NCBI RefSeq assembly: GCF_009914755.1
Contig: NC_060945.1
Direction: 5' to 3' (one strand)
Source of the DNA: the human T2T-CHM13v2.0 reference genome, Homo sapiens
Length of the DNA stretch: 64,000 nt
Numbering within the stretch: position 1 is the stretch's first letter; every line of letters starts with the position of its first letter. Below the pieces are notes generated by a model. The model was not told where the DNA came from. It worked only from the letters and a program-made list of their open reading frames with translations, and did no database searches. Positions 56,099-64,000 of the stretch are shown piece after piece. The translations under genes were made by a program, and so were the position numbers.

Positions 56099-57904
56099 CA
56101 TCCACCTCTCAGAAGGCTGTCCTGACATCATGACCTAGCCTGCCATGCCTCTGGGTAGCATTCCATCTCTGGAGCCAGGCCTTCCAACTGGGCTGCTCCC
56201 AGGCCCTTGCCCACTCTGGTAAGTGGCTCCCCACTGGTTCTTCTGATAAGACCGGGGTGTGGTGAGTGAGATAGGGAGACACTTGCCTCAGGGACAATAT
56301 TTGTGGGTTGCTGAAAAACTCAGTAATCAAGATTCTATTTTAATGGATCAGTAAGAGTGCTTAAAGGAATATTTATAGTTTCGGGTGTTTGAGAAGAAAA
56401 AAAAGGTTTCTTCTCCAGCCTTAAAGAGTCAGAAAAAGAAGAATAAATTGAACCCAAAATAGAAGGAAGAAATCAAGGAAATAGGAAATACACTAACAAG
56501 AGTTCTGTTTCCAGCAAAAAAAAATTATCCTCCCACAGATAACAACTATAAGTGCTGGAAAAATACATAAAACCAACTAACCAAGGACCCTAGAGAGTGA
56601 ACCAAAGCAAGCACACTTCACAGGAGAGTTGAAGTTCACAGGAAGCAGCCAGCATGGGGGAAATTCTCATTTTTTTCAGCTTTACCCTAAGGATAGATGC
56701 AGCTGGCTTGTGTCAGAGGTCAACTAAAGCTCCTGTAAATAGCTCACCATTTTTCTGGCTCATGAAAAAAAAGAGAAGGTCCCAAGGGCAATCAGGGCTA
56801 CTGGAGGGTGGAAGAAATCCAAGAAAGAAGAGCACATGAAATGGGAATCCCTAACTTTGTGCATAAACTCTGGACAAGTCAGTGGGTGACCACCGAACCG
56901 TGCATAGAGAGGGCAGACTGCACCAGTCCAAACTAAGATCATAAATACTATGTAACCACTGGCAAGACCAAGCTTGAAGTTTAACTCTAACAAAGTTTAA
57001 CTCTAACTAGCCCTCTAAGTGAACATCCACATACTTTGTAAAAAGAGAATGGAATTCAGAATCTCTACAACTTATCTTTGACAATGTTCAGGATACAATT
57101 CAAAATTAAAAGACCTATGAAGAACCAGGAAAATGTGGCTTACTCTCAAGAGAAAAGGTAGTCAAGAGAGCCTAACCCTGGGGTGATCCTGATGTTGGAA
57201 TTATTACATAAAGGTTGTAAAATAGCTGTTAAAACTATGCTCAGTGATTTAAAGAAAATATGCAATAAATGAAAACTTAAGAAATCTCACTAAATACATA
57301 GAAACATGAAAAGAACCAAATTAAAATTTTAGAACTGGAAAATAAAATACTTGAAATAAAACTTTTACTGGATGAACTGAACAGCATAATGGAGGTGAAA
57401 GAGGAAAGGATAGGTAAGTTTTAATATAAATCAATAGAATTATCCAAACTAAAGACAAGAAAGAAAAAAAGACTAAAAAAAGTTTGTCAAACACCAGGAA
57501 TCTGCGGTATAATGTTAAATGTACTGGCAAAAAAATCCCAGAAAGAGAATGGGGCAGAAAAAAATATTTGCAAAATAATGACAGAAAATAACCCTCATTT
57601 GGTGAAAGAGAAAGATGCACAGATTCCAGAAACTCAGAGGACCCCAAACAGGAGATGTTGTATTATATCAATATATATAGATTATATATGCAGAAGACCA
57701 TTTTAAAAATAATCAAATCAAACTGCTACAAACCAACAATAAAGAGAAACCTTTGAAGAGAGCAAGAAAAAAATTCTACATTACATGCAGGAGAACAATG
57801 ATTCTAATGATCACAGAATCTGAAAAGAGACCATGGGGTGTAGAAGATAGTAGAACAATATTTTAAAATGTTAAGGGGAAAAAAAAACTTGTCAATTTAG
57901 ATTC

Positions 57905-58012
57905 TATTTCCAGATATATATGTTTGTTTCCAGATATATATATATATGAAATATATATATATTTCTATATATATTTCATATATTTTTCTGAAATATATAT
58001 ATATATATTTCA
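57905..58012. repeat. AT-rich (TA)n tract with nested palindromes
   Basis: gaaatatatatatatttc and tgaaatatatatatatatatttca. Confidence 0.85.
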
Positions 58013-59477
58013 AGAATGAAGACAAAATGAAGACATTTTCCAAATAACAGAAAACTAAGAAAAATTGTCTCTACAGACCCACAGCACAAAAAATATTAAA
58101 GGAAGATTTTCAGGCTGAAGGGAAATAAAATGTCAGATGGTAACTTTCATCTTCAAGCAGGAAGAAAAAGCGTCAGAAATGGTAAATATCTAGGGAAAAA
58201 CCTGTTTTCTCTTAATTTATTTAAAACACATATGGATATATTTATAATTCTAAAAGTATCTTGTGGATTATACATCTATATGTATGTGGATTATACATAT
58301 ATGTATGTATACACACATAATAGCATAAAGACAGTGGGGTAGTGAATGGATATACACACTTGTAAGATTCTTACATTCATATAAAATGATACAGTTTAAC
58401 TCGAACTAGACTGAAAAGTTAAGAATGAGCATGGGATCTTCAGAGAAAACCACTAGAACTGATAAATTAGTTTAATAAAGTCACATGGTAAAAGATTATT
58501 ATAATCAATTGTATTTTTAAATACCAGCAGCACAAATTTGGAAAATAAAAGCTAAAAATTTATTTATGATAGCTTCAAAAATAAAATATTTAGGAATATA
58601 TTTGACAAGATATATCTACAACTTACAACTGAAAAATACACAACATTACAGAGAGAAACTAAAGAGCACCTAAATACATGGAGAGATAAACCATGCTCAT
58701 AGGTTGGAAGACTCAATGTGGTTAAAATGTCAATTTCCCCAAATTGATTAATAGATTTATTACAATCCCAACCAAAATTTCAACCAGCTGTTTTGGAGAA
58801 ATTATCAAACAGATTCTAAAATGGATGTCACAATACAAAAGACTCAGAATAGCCTAAGATTTTTTTTAAAAGAATCATTTTAGAGGATTTGTACTAATTA
58901 TGTCAACATTTATTGTGAAGGTGTAGTAATCAAGATGGTATGTAATTACAAAAGGGTAGACATTTATCAATGGATCAGAATAGAGTCCAGAAGTAGACCT
59001 ACACATATAATGCCAATTGAATTTTGGTGAACATGCCTGAAAAAAATTCAATGGGGAAAGGAGAGCCTTTCCAGCAATGGTGCTAGAATAACCAAATCTT
59101 CATACGGAAGAAAAAAACACTACAGAGAACCTCACATCACACACAAATTTTAAAAGGGATTGTAGACCTAAATGTATAAGCTAGAAATACAAAACTTCAA
59201 TTATGTTTTGTTATTAGGTATAAGCTAGAAGTACAAAACTTCTTGGGAAAACATACAAACACATTTTTGTGACTTTGGGGTAGGCAAACATTTCTTAAAC
59301 AGGACGTAACTAGTATAAACAAGGAGAAAGATGATCATTGGATTTTATCAAAATTTTTTAAAATTTCCTAAGGGAAACAATTAAGCTAATAAACACAAAC
59401 CACAACATTCGGCAAAACTATATATATATATGACAAAGCACTTGTATCCAGAATATATAAAGAAGTCCTGCAACTGA

Positions 59478-59747
<270 letters not shown>

Positions 59748-60102
59748 ATTGGCAGAAGATTTGAACAGATTCTTCACAAAAAGAAGATATATGAATGGCC
59801 AATAAACATATGAATACATTATTCTACATGATTCGTTGTAGAAATGCAAATTAAAACCACAATGAGATGTCACGATAAACCCATGAACAGAAAATAAAAA
59901 GACTAGCCCAATTGTTAATGGGTACATGGAGCAAACGGAACTCTCGTATACTGCTAAACAGAATACAAAATAGCACAACCACTAAGGAAGACTGACAATT
60001 TCTTAAAAAGTTAAACACACATATTGTAAGACTCAGACATTCCATTCTTAAGCACTACCCAAGTGAAAAGAGAACATCTGTCCACTCAAGGACTTGGTTG
60101 GG

Positions 60103-60407
60103 CAGTCATCCCTTGGCATCTGAAGGGGATTGGTTCCAGGATCTCCTTCAGATACCAAAATCCAAGGATACTCAAATTCCTTATATCAAATTGTATAACA
60201 TTTGCATATAACCTACATCTATTCTCTTATATACCATCTCTAGATTATTTATAATCATAATACAATGTAAATGCTATGTAAATAGTTGTTTACTATATTT
60301 GATTTTGAAACCTATTATTTTTATTGTTGTATTCTAGTTTGTATTGTTTTGCTATTTATATTTTTGATCCATGGTTGGTTGAACCCACAGACACAGAGGG
60401 CCAACTG
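60103..60407. mobile_element. MER2 (TcMar-Tigger MITE)
   Basis: cagtcatcccttggcatc...gattggttccaggatc...acagagggccaactg. Confidence 0.88.
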
Positions 60408-60482
60408 TACAATATTGTTCATGGAAGCCTTCTTCATAATAGCCAAAATATCTGTAAACCACCTAAATATTTATCTATTGGT

Positions 60483-60976
<494 letters not shown>

Positions 60977-61479
60977 TTAATCAGAAGTTGCTTGGGGTCA
61001 GGAGTGGAGGGAGAAATGGACTGAAAGGACCTTGAGCAAACTCTGGGAGCAATGAAAATGTTCTGAATCTTAGTTGCAACGACGATTCACAGGTTTATAC
61101 ATCACTCAAAGCACATCAACCAGGACAGTTTAAATAGATCTTTATCTTACTTTTACCACAATAAATTGGATTTTAAAATTAATGTGCATGCTAATCACTA
61201 GGGAGCTAGTTGAAATGGAATTCTGATCCATTAGATTTGGGAGTTTCCTAAGTTTCCACATGTATTACAAGCTGCCAAGTGATACCCATGCTGATGGTCT
61301 GAGTTCCACACTTAAGAGAAGCTTCAGACTACGATTATTCAATCCCCAAATGATGAAGCCGAGGAGCATTTTATGAATTCTCTTCTCGGGTGTGATTAAC
61401 ATTACCTCTCTCATGCTTTTAGAGCTGTGTCATGTCCCGGAACTTCCCCTGACGCGACATTAATACTCTGTGAGGTTGC

Positions 61480-61720
61480 TAATAACAATCACATCTGGCA
61501 TTTACAAAGCACACACTAAGTGTTGGGTACCGTTCTTACAGCTGTACATGAATTTACACATTTAATCCTTGATACAAAAGCAGGTACTATTACTATCTCA
61601 TATTGACAAATGTCAAAACAAAAGCCCAGAAAGTTTATGGGACTTGCCCAAGGTCACCCAGCTGATGAGCAGATGAGGTGGATTCAAACCTAAGCATCCC
61701 AAACTCTTAAGCACTGTGCT
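61480..61720 (-). mobile_element. MIR
   Basis: gtactattactatctcatattgacaaatg...gacttgcccaaggtcacccagctg...ggattcaaacctaagca. Confidence 0.75.
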
Positions 61721-62251
61721 CTGTGGCTTCTCCTTGGAGGAATTATAATCCTCTGAGTGAGGAAATCTTCCTGCTTTGCCACACTTTATGGAGGGCTTTA
61801 CTGGTTCAACATCAAACATTGTTGATTGAGCACTTGCCATGTGTCAGGGATTTACCCAGGAGTTGGTGGTCTGCTCTGTGCATACTTCCCTGAAAACACA
61901 TATAATCCTTTGCCTACTAACCCAGCATTGGCAGTGCCCACTCTGTGGGTTGTTTGCCAAGAATGCTGACTGTCATTACTTTGCCACCTCCCTCCATTCT
62001 CCCACTGGGGGAGTCACAGGTGAGCAGAAGCAGCCTCATACGTTTCCCTAGTGTCAGAGCCAGAGCTATGAGACAACCAGGCTATGAGCATCTAGGGTTT
62101 TGTTGTGCTTTTGTGATCTCTGACTATCAGAAATATGGAGCGTTGTTCAGATATCCCTGCAACTCGAGGAAATTCATTTAAACTAAAGCATGACAGCTGT
62201 CAGTGAGATGAAAGGTAGAGCTGAATCTGGAGCTCCTTCGTGCAGGCCTGT

Positions 62252-62633
62252 CGTATTATTCCATTCTCATGCTGCTATAAAGAATTACCTGAGACTGGGT
62301 AATTTATAAAGAAAAGAAGTTTAATTGGCTCACAGTTCTGCAGGCTGGACAGGTAGCATGGCTGGGAGGCCTCAGGAAAATTTCAATCATGGCAGAAGGT
62401 GAAGGGGAAGTAGGCACGTCCTACATGGCTGGAGCAGGAGGAAGAGATCGAAAAGAGAAGGGCTACACTCTTTTAAACAACCAGGTCTAGTGAGAACTCA
62501 CTCGCTATCATGAGAACAGCAAGGGGGAAACCTGCCCCTGTGATCCAGTCACTCCCACCAGGCCTCTCCTCCAACACTGGGGATTACAATTCCACACGAG
62601 ATTTGGGCAAGGACAGGAATCCAAACCATATCA
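62252..62633 (-). mobile_element. MSTA-like MaLR solo LTR
   Basis: ctataaagaattacctgagactgggtaatttataaagaaaagaagtttaattggctcacagttctgcaggctg...ccaaaccatatca; 5-bp TSD cctgt (62247-62251, 62634-62638). Confidence 0.92.
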
Positions 62634-64000
62634 CCTGTCAACATTTCCATCTCCTTGACCAAGTGGGAGTGAGAGACTCCTGACCCCTCTCCTGGAATAA
62701 GGATAACATAACCCAGGGCTTCAGAGTTGTGAGCTCCATGTGCTAGCTTGTTGCAGCAAGTCTTGCAGAAGTTGAGTGATGGGGACAGAGACCCAGCAAA
62801 GGCTCTCCTAGGAGAGCTGCATGATGCATTAACAGTGTCCACTACAGTACAGGAGCCTTTCAGGAGAGATATAAGGAGGAGTTTCCTGAGCAGGAAAGTT
62901 GTTGATCACAAGAACAGGTGAGCAATGAAGACAAAACTAAACTGGAGTCACAACAACTCGGATATAAATCCACCCTGAGGCAGGGGACTGGACCCATTGA
63001 GCTGCCAGAGCCCTTATATATCTATAAGTTGACTTCAGAGAGTTTCAAATCCGATAGGACTTTGCAAGTACCATATCGAAGATAAAGAAGCTGATCCAAG
63101 GGAACGTTGGCCAAGCCCACTTTGCAGTTGAGAACAACATGGCTTAAAAACAGCCTGCACAGCTTCCTGGACGTCCCATCACATTTGCCAAATAGCATTT
63201 TGGTGAGCTGAGAATCAACGAATGAGAAACAGATGGATTTAATGTCCCTTGAAATTAGGGATGGGTGAGCCCAGCCACACTGTGGAATTGCTGAATGTCT
63301 CAAACTATTTTTTTCAAGTATCTTTGGTTCAGAAAAACCAAAACCATGGTTTTGCAAAGCACGTTTCCTCTCATTCATATGAGGGTTCGTGTATTTTAAC
63401 GGAAATTTGATCTGCATATTTCAACTTCTTTACACTTCACTTATCAAAATGCTAAATAAAATTTCCAGGAAGTCTGAGAAATATTTATAACTTTTTTTTC
63501 CAAACTATTTTATTTAGGAAAGGAAACAATGGGGAAGTTTGGAAAATCCTACAAAAGAGAAGGTGGGTTCAGGTGGAAGTTCACACTTTTAGGGAGTTCT
63601 ATGTCCCAGAATTACGCACATGTTAGGTGTGCAGTCACAATGTGCTCAACGAGTATATTTGAAAATCTCTTGAAAAGTGAGGGGAAAGGTGGGAAAGTTC
63701 AATAAGGACAAGCTTGAGGAAAGGCTGAAAAATACAACATAATTTAAAATAGCTTCTCATCTCTAATAGCCAGGCAGTGTATTCCTAGCAGCCATAAATC
63801 TAATGACGCAGAACTATAGCATTCTTGTATCATCCACCAGCATGAACTCCACCATTCAGATGTCTTTTCTCTTTATAAGACTTGTGATAAAGGTGCTTAT
63901 AGGATGCTCATGAGTGGAGGGATGGCAAGAGGAGAGGGTAGAAGAAATGCACCACAGAGGGTGGGTGGGAGCAGGCGGTGGAGTGAGTGCCCAGCGCCAT

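Overview
Human (primate) genomic DNA that I recognise as the KCNJ15 (Kir4.2) locus on chr21q22, transcribed on the + strand. The only real protein-coding sequence is the single-exon KCNJ15 CDS (40695-41822, 375 aa). It is preceded by a 98-nt 5'UTR exon (38359-38456) and by candidate alternative first exons near 13.1-14.0 kb, and followed by a 3'UTR with several poly(A) signals. The rest is intron and flank filled with Alu, L1, L2, MIR, MaLR/ERV LTRs and DNA-transposon relics (MER75, MER53, MER5, MER2). All other ORFs in the track are chance or repeat-derived. I found no convincing new multi-gene system. The most interesting signals: (1) a 25-codon uORF in the 5'UTR exon that looks like a frameshifted relic of the rodent Kir4.2 N-terminal extension; (2) two long non-Alu inverted repeats (1445-1602 and 44311-45231) and a zero-spacer head-to-head Alu fusion, the latter two just past the proximal poly(A) sites; (3) two L1 3'-transduction signatures; (4) an intact PGBD4-like 49-codon ORF in a full-length MER75. 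Repeat subfamily names come from recalled consensus sequences, and boundaries of old repeats are approximate.
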